This document shows positions 12,901 to 21,023 of a stretch of DNA of 58,456 bases, one piece after another; the first letter of the stretch is position 1, and each line of letters opens with the position of its first letter. Below the pieces are notes generated by a model that was not told where the DNA came from, ran no database searches, and worked only from the letters and a program-made list of their open reading frames with translations. Source of the DNA: Stramenopiles sp. TOSAG23-2. Lineage: Eukaryota. The position numbers and the translations under genes are program-made. The DNA lies in NCBI GenBank assembly GCA_900128395.1, contig LT649254.1, forward strand, positions 1-58,456. The letters run 5' to 3'.

Positions 12901-13071
12901 TTTACCAACTGTTGTTGGCAACCTGGATTGCATGCTTTTTGTTGGTGGATTAACTGATACCAATCTTCTTCTATTATAATCACTTTGTAGGCCTTGTTCA
13001 TCATCCTCTTCGTCGAATAACCTAGGGCTGATGGGATTCATTGGTCGACTGTTCGGTGACGTATTTTTCAT
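946..13071 (-). CDS. Axonemal inner-arm dynein heavy chain (DNAH6/DNAH1-like single-headed type)
   Basis: Uninterrupted 4041-aa ORF. P-loops GPAGTGKT, GEAGSGKS, GETGIGKS, GVGGSGRKS; CFDEFNRI; FITMNPGYAGRTELPDNLK; coiled-coil stalk; C-terminal LSTTGHSTNFV...HWIRRG. The N-terminal FRPYDLVVVP resembles DNAH6, but the paralogue call is tentative. Confidence 0.96.
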   Translation of the reverse strand: MKNTSPNSRPMNPISPRLFDEEDDEQGLQSDYNRRRLVSVNPPTKSMQSRLPTTVGKTFQKRKERKMRVINVIAKNQVPAWEQKPSIFKYGSFETDEYKFPAQRQLVSRPGRSLRKVNNESLGVIPARPKGRVGGQGQSRIMTKTRINLGGEDWFSGEELYKTLKTSEDAIAFFAQQKNSTPIKFVFLNRAEYKKEKFRPYDLVVVPRAEASTKEHFIMSSESISIVQRGLPTEVIPLVTWMREATIFNVLTSTKCFKYYLVNKMFKRWISGVRYQLYCAKRKKIEESLFTAKATFCSPLMRIKTQLNGIHGIKVQDCLNPKAYNILAYAEKQDKAHKDATIQFENMMDELQRLVEKQCEIITKRAMHYRQMLDREDDFDAKERNRNKSLVVLKNERAERKRLYLLSKSEASMLGDFVRLVDYMISESCVEVGITTQQTLLNQLLLERKTGMFESVVSFKRDGGTTFGPNADDIINILYGKAESLINIMEHVPRILFARQLRSYLPRSFVGQAPGKLIRRDKKYLSICKSINKKLLADFEDSVEYSKQFDYMREIFEFNMSEYGAMWEGLDVKHKILQTRKSINICNGWNRDINRMRAGGAVGSIYVESRKLKNTLLPITENFLNFLKKSLLDLARHKCDAILTDLKSRNKGLEDTPEGLNLFAGYVANFKSITATKMEILAENQLTEDLYRMLHIQRVRVPADDAVQLDEMRSALVKYEELNIMANKLVYETMPEMMNSLDMKIANLNNEAEVIQGEVVVGAYEDATLEPEEVLALLNQVQQRLNTLEKSSREYTKYQEAFGKPPYAYKLLKETRAMFDIRYSVWDALKSWADKQTEWHNQYFRSIIVADLKDEVEELYRNASLYHKQIRNAVTELLKERIEGFNERLPTIMSLGNPVMKDRHWESVFKVLGKRYMSGQTFTLSQLVELKIYTFEEKVAEISGIASGEAQIEASVNSIAEGWTNIEFPIIPYREKVYILGPLDDIFVLMEDNQVSLQTMMGSKFVMGVKMQVERWTQYLSIISDTFDEWLQCQKTWMYLETIFSAEDIQEQLPDESKLFLEVDKTWKKILTDTHNNPKIMAILENEDPKEYLQTFIKCNAILDSIQKSLEDYLETKRAAFPRFYFLSNDELLEILSQTRDPQAVQPHLSKCFDAMKSLTFGKGRDASTMFAMNSPEGETVKFIEPQYAEGAVETWLLAVENAMKNTLRDQARKGFSNYPQENAIKREEWLFGYPAQSVIMIDQIFWTKVVETATKGLSTNPKALTDCLEFIVAQIDAMVDLVRGDLIKLQRKTLSAVITLDVHGRDVVRLLIRKKLDSINNFEWTRQLRYYWDTEIQDCILNQTNAKFLYAYEYLGNSMRLVVTPLTDLCYMTLTGALHLRFGGAPAGPAGTGKTETTKDLGKALARQVVVFNCSDGLDYKIMGRFFSGLAQAGAWACFDEFNRIDVEVLSVIAQQIQTIQQAIAIDAERFMFEGGEIRLNSNFGVFITMNPGYAGRTELPDNLKALFRPVAMMVPDYRMIAEIVLFSQGFANALPLSNKMSQLYQLSSEQLSKQDHYDFGMRAVKSVLVAAGQLKRKEPETNEDLLLIRAMRDSNVPKFLEQDLPLFRGILKDLFPGVEVPYVDYGKLQEAIENQICQLKLQPVKSFVEKVIQVHETQLVRHGMMVVGEAGSGKSVNVLVLSNALGQLQEEGVVDKDDFFRKVTTDRLNPKAITAGQLYGEFNLMTGEWFDGLVPNLVRRAKADKSGNRHWILFDGPVDAVWIENMNTVLDDNKTLCLANSERIKMPDGLHMMFEVQDLSQASPATVSRCGMVFMEQVHIGSEALIAAWMEQICNVRIPNNAEYCLRLIKKYVAPIIIFLDETGGEKVKLTEGHRMATFLNMMTSLMREDRGISDSHSNVYEAININFCFACIWALAGNTHDDARAQVDEFLKSHLSQLLGSAASGRSVFDIVVNNEEAKLVSWESVMPPFAYDNNLPYFDLVVPTEDTTKYTYLLEATTLSGFNTLFLGETGIGKSIITQNFLDVKVGADSLASCTINYSAQTTPANLREIFETRLEKKRKNLLGPPAGKNMVIFVDDLNMPVLEEYGAQPPNELLRQVIDDKGYYDVEKVGLFKNIERTNVIAACAPPGGGRSDVTERLTRHFHTIWLTELSAKSMKHIFASILGGFLKSEIPELAGNVGKLVDGSIELYLGIQQNLLPTPSKSHYTYNLRDLSQVFQGILMVTSESVNTEEQIINLWLHELARVFRDRLINIEDRTWVNKLCKKLLLQYFEVEVEISAFDNLLFGDYLDPDRIKYGEVNNKAAFKAALNEQLEEYNISYSPKMNLVFFDDAISHISRLARILRQPRGNALLVGVGGSGRKSLTRLASFMAGYRCSSIEITKTYDRTVWFDDLKVVLLEAGCQNKPVVFLFSDTQIVMEAFLEDINNLLNAGDIPNIYLPEEIEKIINATRPLAVKAGKSERRDDVYAYYVSLVRQNLRVVLAFSPIGDSFRNRCRMFPSLVNCCTIDWFDPWPEDALFSVALQYLGGERGKELQIEEHVQNICDVAVKIHRSVEVSTAQYFKEVRRHNYTTPTSYLELLQLFQTMLQEQRVIATDNLARYENGLKKLRETEVLVEGLKVELIEMQPVLKQAQIDTEELMKKVTLDQAQADIAKAEAEKDKAAAIEVAKEVNLIKEDCEKDLGEAMPAYYSAVESLDALDKKSIQEIKSFANPPEMVEFTLNAVCIMFGVKPNWKEAKNLMNDMKFLDKLKNYDKDHIPKSKIRKLKPFMKNKNFTPEKVEKVSAAAKSLCMWVRAMHTYDRVAKTIAPKRKKLAKAEAQLEAVNVQLQEKQNALAKVEQRVADLQAMFQESENKKQELEEKTRLTLIQMERAQQLMSGLAGEKVRWLETVVVLNSDITNLVGNIGVAAGAVAYLGPFTAPFRNALIDEWVETTRKLNVPVDDNFNLQRILADPVEVREWTMMSLPADDFSIENGIFATRGRRWPLMIDPQAQANRWIKNLYKEQNLQIIKLNDSNYLRTLENAIRYGAPVLLENVEERLDPALEPILLKQIIKRGGQMVLSLGDSEIPYSEDFKFFITTKLPNPHYLPELCIKVTIVNFTVTLKGLEDQLLVDVIVHERPDLERKKDQLVLSIASDKSELKEIEDTILYMLANASGNILDDEDLINSLDASKVTSDTIQERMIEAEATTKEIFEAREGYRVIATRASVLYFVIAALANIDPMYQYSLQYYQSLYQMRLEKSEKSDDLKKRLNILIDDITKSVFINICRGLFGRHKLLFAFQIAVDILKHKGDISHAEWKTFLIGAPDVELSEEIHVDSPFHLFTHPHKARASVHSLETQFESSFEGLLADVDGRGQMWTDYITSPIIGSIDPPAPWNDKLNNFEKLLLLRTLKPEHLTSAAKKFIGASLGEEFKSPPGFDLSGSYADSTCRIPMIFVLSSGADPMDYLLSLAETVEKKSTMRIVSLGQGQGPVAEGHMKEASLSGEWVCLQNCHLAVSWLGKLEKLLEASVDEDVADEYRLWLTSMPTNKFPVSILQNGIKITNEPPQGIKANLTRTFQDMTDAEYGNCTKTVPWRKLLYGLAFYNAMILERRKFGAIGWNIPYGWMNSDLKTAIMQLRLYLEGQEETPFDTLNVMVGDVTYGGRITDKQDKVTNKCLLSKFFRPEALTDGYQMCGSDDYLMPSGDATLKDVREMISGLPDLEAPGVFGMHENASITFRQKQTRMLLDTVITMSNGGGGGGGGDDDSGNNEKEVMLATKSMMERLPDVVFNFKKSHPDTFAVSKTGGINSLGVFCKQECEQFENLIKVIRRSLYDVQRALQGFIIMSPSLESVYVSFIYQRVPKMWEDAGYPCLKPLRSWTEDFFLRIKNLQSWVYDGPKLSYWLSGLFFPQGFLTSVLQMYARDRSVAIDLLGFTTEVCKFYEEDVKEEPEYGSYIHGLFMQGAKYDVEIDSVIEAAPGDLFDRFPVIWLKPVLNEEKDVEGLFRCPLYKTSLRAGTLSTTGHSTNFVVALHIPSNKPADHWIRRGCAMLCMLDD

Positions 13072-13725
13072 ATTTACTGTTTTTCTATTATAAAGTTATA
13101 TTTATTTAAATAGATTCAAATTACTTTATAAGCAATGTATTGTTCTTGACTATATAATACATATATAATATATATATTAATATCACATACATATATATTA
13201 CATATATATATATATATATGATATTTATGTCGTATCTAAAAACTTAATTGCATGTCAATAGTATTACCAAAAAGTGTATTAGTGGTATTAATATTGTGAT
13301 AAAAGCAAGTAACTACCGCAGTTTGTTTTGCTGGTTTGATCACAACTTTAACTGCCAAAAAAAAGGCTGAGAAAAAAAGGAGAGAAAAAGCTGAAAAACC
13401 CCTTAAGTATTAAAAACGCTATTAATACATCACTACCAGTATAAAAATACCATTATTATCATACCTGTGTACTCTACCAGTCTTTTTAATCTGGAAATTG
13501 TTCGCAATAATAATACGTTAATAAAAAGCAATATTATTATTATTATATTATTAATAATAATAAATATTTTAATTTATCCAGTAAAAGTATTTCTATAATT
13601 AGAAATAATCAGTTGATAATAAATGCCAATGTAGTAAAAGTAAAATGCACCGAAACAGTTTAATACTAGTTATATCAGTTGATGAATAGGATATGTAAAA
13701 TAATAAGTACCAACGCAAATTAAAT

Positions 13726-15978
13726 ATGTTTAACTTTCAACCCCCTGTAAAAAAAATGGATAAATCCAAAGCACCACGTGTTATTAAGAATAGAAATGAC
13801 TCATTTATTGACGCTGCATATGAAGGTAAAATGAAAACTATAATTAAAATGTTAAAAGCAGGACAACCGGTTGATGCGCTTCACTCTTACACCCAAACAA
13901 CAGCATTGAGCGCAGCTATTGATCGAGGTCATTATGCAACATCTAGAACTCTTTTGAAATTCAAAGCTGATCCTAATCATAGACATCCCATAACTGGTGA
14001 AACTGCACTGCATCGAGCAGCTGCAAGGGGAGATCCTAAAATAGTTTCTGCCTTGCTTGAAAATAATCCTACAGCGGATCGTCATATCATAAGCAAGGCG
14101 AATCAAAAGCCGATAGATTTAGCAAGAGAATATCAATGGTTGGAAGTATCAGACATTTTACGGGAGCCACCATCCCAGCCTTTAGTCATTAATATTGATA
14201 CTACACCGTCTATGGGATATGTAACATGGAATGCTGCCAACGATAACGGAACTCCGATTGATTTTTATGAACTTGTATATCGTCCATCAATACACCAAAC
14301 TGAATACAGCACAGGAATAGATCCAGTGACCAAAGTTAAATATTGGCATCATAGAGAGACACACGAAGAGAAATGGGCGAAGCCAGATGAACCGTATGAA
14401 GATCCGGTTACGCAAGTTGCACAAGGTAACGATGCACCTGTTCGACCTGGTGGCATATATTCTAAACATTGGATACGTGATAGTAAAATTGTGGAAAATA
14501 AGTTTGAGATACCAAATTTACATCCTTCATATGTATATTTTTTACTAATCCGCGCACAAAGTGCAGCTGGTTGGGGACCATATAGTCGAGTTATGACTTT
14601 TGTTGCAAATGATGACATAACTAGCGAGCCAAGCACCCCGACTTTATGGTCCATGACTGCACGTGCTATCACAATAGCATGGAAACGCCCGGAAATAGAA
14701 AATGGAGGACACATTATATTTTATCAAGTTGATATGGTAAAAGGAAACACCATGGAAGGAAATCAAATCGAATGGGAAAAAGTAACCGATAAACTCAGAG
14801 GTGAGCCAGAGCCTAAATATCGTATAAATGGATTAAAATCAGGTGCAGAATATAGATTTCGCGTTCGTGGCAAAAATAAAACTGGTTGGTCTGAGTGGAG
14901 TGGTATAAGTGAGAGTTTTAAAACAAATGTTGCCCCGAGCATTCTTCATCGTTCAAAATCTTCGATCACAATTCATTGGATGGATTGGAGTACAGGAGAT
15001 CCTGAAAATTTAGTAGGATTTGAAGTGCAAGCATTTAGCATTCCAGAAGTACCGGAAGATGGTGATGAAGGAGAATTTCGCGGTGATCCTAAGTCTGATG
15101 ATTTGGCATCACGACTTGGTATACCTGGAGGTGAAGTCGGAAATTTGCCTTGGGAAATTTTAACTAGCACATGTAAAGATACACGATTTAAGCATGAAGG
15201 TTTATTACCGCATAGGGAATTCTGTTATAGAGTGCGAACATGTTTTAAAGATAGTGGTTGGGATCCATGGGAAAATGCGGGAGAGACAAAAGTATTTTTT
15301 ACAAAAGCTGCCGAGCCTGATCCTCCAGCTCAAATCATGTTGGTTGCGGGAACGGTGACGCATGAGTCAATGATTTTTCGTTGGGGTGATCCACGAGCAA
15401 ATGGTCAACCTATTGATTCATATAAAATATATTATAGAAAACATGATGTGGAAGAATGGACTGAAGATCCAACTATTATTGAAAGGCGTGATGTTGAAGG
15501 TAAAGCAAACGTCGGTATACATATTTTACCAGGTGAATTTGAAGTACATAACTTGGACTACGATACAGATTACCAATTTGCTATCAAAGCACATAATAAA
15601 ATAGGATGGAGCGTTTTAGGAGAAGAGACTGAGTTTCATGGTACTCTAGCACTCGAACCACCAGGTAAACCTCGTATAGTGACATGCACAGATACACTTG
15701 CTACTATTGAATGGGATCCTCCGTATTTAACAGGTAGACCGGTTGATAAATATGATTTACAGCAGAGGCGATGGAGATTCCAAAGTGGGTTGTATTCCCC
15801 TATGGATTGGACATTAGTGGAACGCACAAAAGAACCATGTTCATTAGTGCGTGAGTTAATGCCAACTGCAATATATGAATTTCGTGTATTAGCACATACA
15901 TACGCAGCTGATCTTCCCCAACAATGGAGCCAGCCAAGTGAGAATAGTGAGAAATGCGATATGCGAAGGCGCTTATGA
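13726..15978 (+). CDS. Ankyrin-repeat and fibronectin type III repeat protein with an embedded WW-like domain
   Basis: Ankyrin motifs (TTALSAA, GETALHRAA), then about 5 FN3 repeats (e.g. GLKSGAEYRFRVRGKNKTGWSEWS, NLDYDTDYQFAIKAHNKIGWS). Confidence 0.88.
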   Translation: MFNFQPPVKKMDKSKAPRVIKNRNDSFIDAAYEGKMKTIIKMLKAGQPVDALHSYTQTTALSAAIDRGHYATSRTLLKFKADPNHRHPITGETALHRAAARGDPKIVSALLENNPTADRHIISKANQKPIDLAREYQWLEVSDILREPPSQPLVINIDTTPSMGYVTWNAANDNGTPIDFYELVYRPSIHQTEYSTGIDPVTKVKYWHHRETHEEKWAKPDEPYEDPVTQVAQGNDAPVRPGGIYSKHWIRDSKIVENKFEIPNLHPSYVYFLLIRAQSAAGWGPYSRVMTFVANDDITSEPSTPTLWSMTARAITIAWKRPEIENGGHIIFYQVDMVKGNTMEGNQIEWEKVTDKLRGEPEPKYRINGLKSGAEYRFRVRGKNKTGWSEWSGISESFKTNVAPSILHRSKSSITIHWMDWSTGDPENLVGFEVQAFSIPEVPEDGDEGEFRGDPKSDDLASRLGIPGGEVGNLPWEILTSTCKDTRFKHEGLLPHREFCYRVRTCFKDSGWDPWENAGETKVFFTKAAEPDPPAQIMLVAGTVTHESMIFRWGDPRANGQPIDSYKIYYRKHDVEEWTEDPTIIERRDVEGKANVGIHILPGEFEVHNLDYDTDYQFAIKAHNKIGWSVLGEETEFHGTLALEPPGKPRIVTCTDTLATIEWDPPYLTGRPVDKYDLQQRRWRFQSGLYSPMDWTLVERTKEPCSLVRELMPTAIYEFRVLAHTYAADLPQQWSQPSENSEKCDMRRRL

Positions 15979-16322
15979 TTTTTGTAAAATACTACGAGCC
16001 CGAGATCGTACTGCTTGGATAATTTTAAAAATTAATATATATTATATATATATATAATATATATATATATGCATATAGTATGGTTAAGCATATACATATA
16101 TATACATATATGCATATTATAAATATTTTATAATGTTTTGTGTGTTAAAATCTACGCGTAAGTTATATATCATATATAAATAATTTTACTTCCCGGTGCT
16201 AAGTAAATAAAATACGGAGTAAAATATTAAAAAATACAAAAAGTAAAAAATATTAATTGTCTCTGGAGCATTTTTAGTATTTACCACGGGCCGACACGAG
16301 AGTAATTACCCTTTTTTAAAAC

Positions 16323-17455
16323 TTAAATTGTATACTCATCATCATCATCATTTTCCGCAATAGAGTACCCACCACCGCCAAAGCGTGGGTTTGTATCAAC
16401 TGATTTATTCATCTGAATTGGTGGCATATTCTTATTTATCATCATATTTCCACGAGCACCGATATTAGCTTCTCTTGGTGGCGGCAGTATTTTTGGTGGC
16501 ATCGGATGAGAACTTTGCATTGTCATTGTTGATGGTTGAAGCATAGATAGAACTTTATTATTATTGTTATTCACGATGGGACTCCCTTGACCACTACTGT
16601 AATCGAGATGATTTTCCTCACCTCCAGATTGAAGAATAATTAAACGACTTAGCTTAGTAGCAATAGTTTCTAACCTTGCAATTTGATCTGTAATTGAATT
16701 TGCTGAAATATCTCCAGGTGTATCAATATACATACCTGCACCATTTTGTTGCAAACCTGATTTTTCTTCAATGACTTCATCAACTTGCAACCCAACTTTC
16801 TCATTCTTGTTAGATTTTGATTCTTTTTTTTCATCCTCCTCATGATGGGAAGAGAAATCATCTTCGCCACTGCTGCTGCTGCTGCTGCTGTCATCATCAT
16901 CTTCTTCTTTATCATATCATAATCTTTTAGCGAAATGTAAAAACGCCGTCCAGAATCTTTTAATGTTACTAATGCTTCTTCCCCTCTATACATTGATAAG
17001 ATTGCATTTTCAATGAGTGTATTACGTACAAACGAGTCTATGTCGTCTACATCAAGATTTTTACTCTTACCATTTTGAACTATCGTTTCCGCTAAACGAT
17101 GTGGATGTTTAGATAAAGGAAGTATATGTTCATCTAAATCATTCACAGTACTTAAATTGATAGTATCCCCTTTGGATTTTGGATAATCACAAAAACTAAC
17201 AATAACTTTATGCTCAGGAGAAGGTCTGCGGAATGAGTGTGTTGTATCCCATCCTTGAACCAATACAACTTTTGATACTTTATCTTCCTCGGATAACATG
17301 ACATGATAATGTGAATCAACGAACGAATATGTCGCAGTCACATCAAACTCTTCAATTTTTGAGATATCAATAACGTCATCCGGTTCCTCTTGTTTATCAT
17401 CTTTCCCCCTTCCTTTTTCCATTTGGAGTTGTACTTCTTTTGTCTTTCGCGACAT
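16323..17455 (-). CDS. Degenerate FKBP-like domain protein, split by an apparent frameshift near 16915
   Basis: KVVLVQG..RPSPEHKVIV...IENAILSMYRGEEALVTL...YISLKD resembles a non-catalytic FKBP fold. After GAT TAT GAT the natural-looking acidic/Ser tract (DKEEDDDDSSSSSSSGEDD) is in the frame of ORF 16323..16790. Confidence 0.55.
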
Positions 17456-17719
17456 GGTTGTATGATGTGTTTGTATATATTGATGATATATATTGTAGGT
17501 GTTTAAGTATATATATATATCTATCTTTTTAAATTATCCACATGTGAATATGTATCTATATATATAGCTATTATATATGGCCAGTTTGGATCTTAAAATT
17601 AGAAAAAAAGTAGTATTTAGCTGCTATTGTAGTACTGTAACATCACTGGTACTCACTGGTGCTGAAAGTACTTCATTTAAATTTTCAGGTTAACAACCAC
17701 ATCAGATGCTCAACTCAAA

Positions 17720-17840
17720 GGCCATGCCCTGGCCCAGCTAGAGCTAGAGCTAGCTAGCTCTAGCTAGATCTAATTAAGGCTGGCCCGGCTGGGCATGCTC
17801 TGGCCCAGCTGGCCTACATAAGCTCAATGGGTACCAGGTG
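17720..17840. promoter_or_regulatory. GC-rich palindromic core of a divergent intergenic region
   Basis: Perfect 24-bp palindrome AGCTAGAGCTAGCTAGCTCTAGCT at 17742-17765; 17-bp direct repeat CATGCYCTGGCCCAGCT at 17723 and 17794. The regulatory role is inferred. Confidence 0.4.
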
Positions 17841-17860
17841 GTATGAGAAGAAAACCTTAA

Positions 17861-18610
17861 CGATCTGCATTTTTAAATACTGGCTTACCGACAAATGTTT
17901 TTACAAAAGCGTTAGTTGAAGTAAAAATTATTGAAAAACCGGATCGACGAGTCAGAAGAATGTTACTGGCATCGTCAATTACTGTTGAAACATCGGTGAG
18001 TGTTCCAAATAAACAATATTCTCCTGCGTCTGAAAGTGGAAATACAGCAAATCTGTTATCATTGAAAGGTATTATTTTAACAAAAGTAACCAATTTGAAA
18101 GTAAATTCAGATGGATTGGTAGACAAGTTGAAGGAACAAGGTTTGCCTGTTGAAAGTATCACATTGACGAAAGATCTATCGACTACATTTGAGGAAGGAA
18201 TCGATACTTCAGATGAAGTTGTAAGCACAAACAAAGAAGAGGGATTATCTTGGGTGCAAATACTTCTAATTCTGATTGGAATATGCGTAGTTGTCATGTC
18301 TATATTTATGATATATAGAAACGAACGGAAAAAATGTTCGATAAGAGCTGCAGAAAGAGCAGCAGAAAGAGCAGCATTAGAGAAAAAAAAATTTAGTAAG
18401 ATGAAGATGCAAAAAAACCCTTTACGAAGACAATCTCAAGTAAATTCATTCTTAGAAAATACTGGTGGGTCTTTAGTAGTTGATGAGAAACTAACTGTCG
18501 AAATGATAAAAGTAAAGGGTGGAAAACCTGATTATGATGTCAACGATCCTACCGTGTTAACATTGCGCTCTTCATTGACAAAAAATGGCAAAAACAGAGT
18601 GCTTATTTAA
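17861..18610 (+). CDS. C-terminal part of a single-pass membrane protein (RRxRRxLL juxtamembrane module, TM helix, cytoplasmic tail); probably 5'-truncated
   Basis: Frame is open and protein-like from TAA 17858-60 (RSAFLNTGLPTNVFTKALVEVKIIEKPDRRVRRMLLASSITV). TM segment WVQILLILIGICVVVMSIFMIY. No signal peptide follows the first ATG at 17960. Confidence 0.6.
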   Translation, partial: RSAFLNTGLPTNVFTKALVEVKIIEKPDRRVRRMLLASSITVETSVSVPNKQYSPASESGNTANLLSLKGIILTKVTNLKVNSDGLVDKLKEQGLPVESITLTKDLSTTFEEGIDTSDEVVSTNKEEGLSWVQILLILIGICVVVMSIFMIYRNERKKCSIRAAERAAERAALEKKKFSKMKMQKNPLRRQSQVNSFLENTGGSLVVDEKLTVEMIKVKGGKPDYDVNDPTVLTLRSSLTKNGKNRVLI

Positions 18611-18653
18611 AAAAATGAGTGTCCGACCGAGGGGGTTATATATATATAATCTT

Positions 18654-19736
18654 TTACGAAAAAGATTTTTTATTTTCAACAAGAAATCGCAAATGTTTTC
18701 CTTTCACTTTATCTTTAAATGCAATATATAAATCACTTTTCATACCACTATTATTCTTCAATTGATTAATTGCCATACATTCAGTCATCATTGATATTGA
18801 ATCACCCGTTACAATAATTTTACTTGACATTGATAATGCCATTTGATATGGATTATCAATTCCATCTAATTCAGAATTTCTCCATATACGTATAGATACA
18901 TTTTTTTTGTATTCAAATTGAATACTATCTAGCATTTTAAAAATATTTTCTGAAGTTCGTCTAGAACATATTATATACAATATAGTTTCATGACCATTAG
19001 GAACATGGTTTGTTATAAATGTGGATATCATCTTTTTTACATCGTTTTCATCATATATACAATTTTTATGTTGTCCACCGATTATTACAGTAGAACAAAA
19101 AATTTGATCCTGATTATTATTATTTTTCTCATTATTTTTTACACAGTTTAAGTCATCCCATTTCTTTTTCCCTTGAGTTACCCATTCCATATCAATACCA
19201 TGAAGTGAACCTGGTATTGTATCTACATTACCAGCAATTTCTGGACGAAACCATTTATTTCCAGTTAAATCATGTTTGGGTGTAATGATACGATTGAAAT
19301 ATTTTGGTGAAACACGTGGATGTTGAATTTGAATGTTGAAAGTTGTTGATTTAGAATTGAATCTAATAAATGTATTAATTGGTGCAGTAAGACGACCACA
19401 ACCAATAACCAGGTCTGGATATCCATTTTCATGATTATATAAAATGTCTTCAATCATCTCGTAATTGTAACCAAACCATAATATATTGTTAAAAGATGAG
19501 AGCATAGGAATTTTACACAAACATTTCCATAAAAAAATATGTACAGCAGGTGGAATGCTTTTATACAATTTATTTTTTGGCAAAATTCTTACAATTTCTG
19601 GTGATGTTGTTGTCAATTTGTTAATTTGTCGTTCACTCCCTCCATTTATTTGCGATCCAAGACGTTTCCATAATGCCTTTGCTTGATTTTCTGCACCAGC
19701 AGTTCCATCTCCTAGTATCAATACACGGCGAAACAT
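18654..19736 (-). CDS. ELM1: Mitochondrial fission ELM1-family protein
   Basis: ILGDGTAGAENQA, PDLVIGCGR, IQIQHPR, ITPKHD, SRRT, NPY, IVTGDSISMMTE motifs. Confidence 0.9.
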   Translation of the reverse strand: MFRRVLILGDGTAGAENQAKALWKRLGSQINGGSERQINKLTTTSPEIVRILPKNKLYKSIPPAVHIFLWKCLCKIPMLSSFNNILWFGYNYEMIEDILYNHENGYPDLVIGCGRLTAPINTFIRFNSKSTTFNIQIQHPRVSPKYFNRIITPKHDLTGNKWFRPEIAGNVDTIPGSLHGIDMEWVTQGKKKWDDLNCVKNNEKNNNNQDQIFCSTVIIGGQHKNCIYDENDVKKMISTFITNHVPNGHETILYIICSRRTSENIFKMLDSIQFEYKKNVSIRIWRNSELDGIDNPYQMALSMSSKIIVTGDSISMMTECMAINQLKNNSGMKSDLYIAFKDKVKGKHLRFLVENKKSFS

Positions 19737-20534
19737 TTTTATTATGATGTCTCTATTGTCACTATGTTTTTTGGTATATAATAACTAGATATATAAAATA
19801 ATTATTATTAGCATTATTTATTTATTTTATTTTATTTTAGTCTATGTTATATATAGCTTTTATAGCGGTAGCATCTGTGGCCGCCAGCTATCTCTCTCTT
19901 ACTCCTCTCAGTATCTATAATATAACGTGTTCTCCGCCAGTGCTTGCAATAGCAAGTGCATAGCATTAAACATAATTTGAAAAAATCAAAAAAAAATGTT
20001 TTTTATTCGGTTCATCACCAGGTATAACAATGGTGCCAATAAATGTTAGCTAATAATAATTCCCAACTGGAACTGATTAGTATATATATGATGGAACATC
20101 AAAACAAAGCAGACATATACATGTTTGATAACACATATATAAATAGATATATATTTAACTTTCTTCAGTACTGCGAAGGTTTAAACAATTTCAAAGATGC
20201 GTAGTGATTAATAATAATTATTTCACAAATGCAATATAATTATATATATCTCAGTACGTTATGTTATTATGAATGATTATTTCACGTATGCAATATAATC
20301 TTTCAAATAATATTATTGATGTAAATACCAACGGATCCGTCCAGAAATAAACATATATATTTATATACATATTATTAAGCATGTAATGGTATGATTCGAT
20401 GATGAGAAATCATATAGGTACTAAACTGATTCGATTAGTGAGATTATTAACGCATTTAATGGTCCTGATATAGATGTCGATAAAAAAAAGTGCATTTTGG
20501 AAGTAAATGCTTGAAAAACCGTGTGTTTATGTGA

Positions 20535-21023
20535 TTATGTGATGGCGCTGCTCCAAGCCTTGAGTTTCTTTTTGTTAAGTGTAGTCTGTCTGTTTGTATC
20601 ATGGGGGTTTTTGATTAAGAAACCAACATTGCGTATAAAATGTTCAGGGAATGTTAACGAGGATGGTACATGATGGGGGTATAATCGGTGTTTTAGTTGA
20701 CCGTAAACACTTCTGGGGTTGTTGTTATTGTTATTGCGGCGGCTGGAAGTGCCGTTACGTTCTTGTCGGCTGGAAGTGCCTTTTTGTTGGCTGGAGGTGC
20801 CAGGTTGACGTCGTCGTCCTCTCCGTTGGCTGGAAGTGCCGTTGGAGGTGCTGGAGTTGTCATGTATTTGTAAGTGATTACAAAGTATCGTGAAATTAAT
20901 TGTCACGAAAATGACTGCCGTCCATAGAATGGAGTTAGCATTAGGGATCACGGTTGAGCCCTCTTCGTCGTCGCTGACGGATTTTTCTTCAGTAACCATC
21001 GGGATAGATTGTTGGCCACTCAT
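20535..21023 (-). CDS. Orphan protein with one hydrophobic segment and GTSS repeats
   Basis: ATG-started 162-aa ORF, GC-richer than its flanks, with four GTSS units. No family recognised. Confidence 0.45.
   Translation of the reverse strand: MSGQQSIPMVTEEKSVSDDEEGSTVIPNANSILWTAVIFVTINFTILCNHLQIHDNSSTSNGTSSQRRGRRRQPGTSSQQKGTSSRQERNGTSSRRNNNNNNPRSVYGQLKHRLYPHHVPSSLTFPEHFIRNVGFLIKNPHDTNRQTTLNKKKLKAWSSAIT

Noticed and set aside
15990..16320. Short GC-containing words in the convergent spacer, weakly similar to 58185-58205
   Set aside because: Too short and imperfect to define a repeat or RNA gene.
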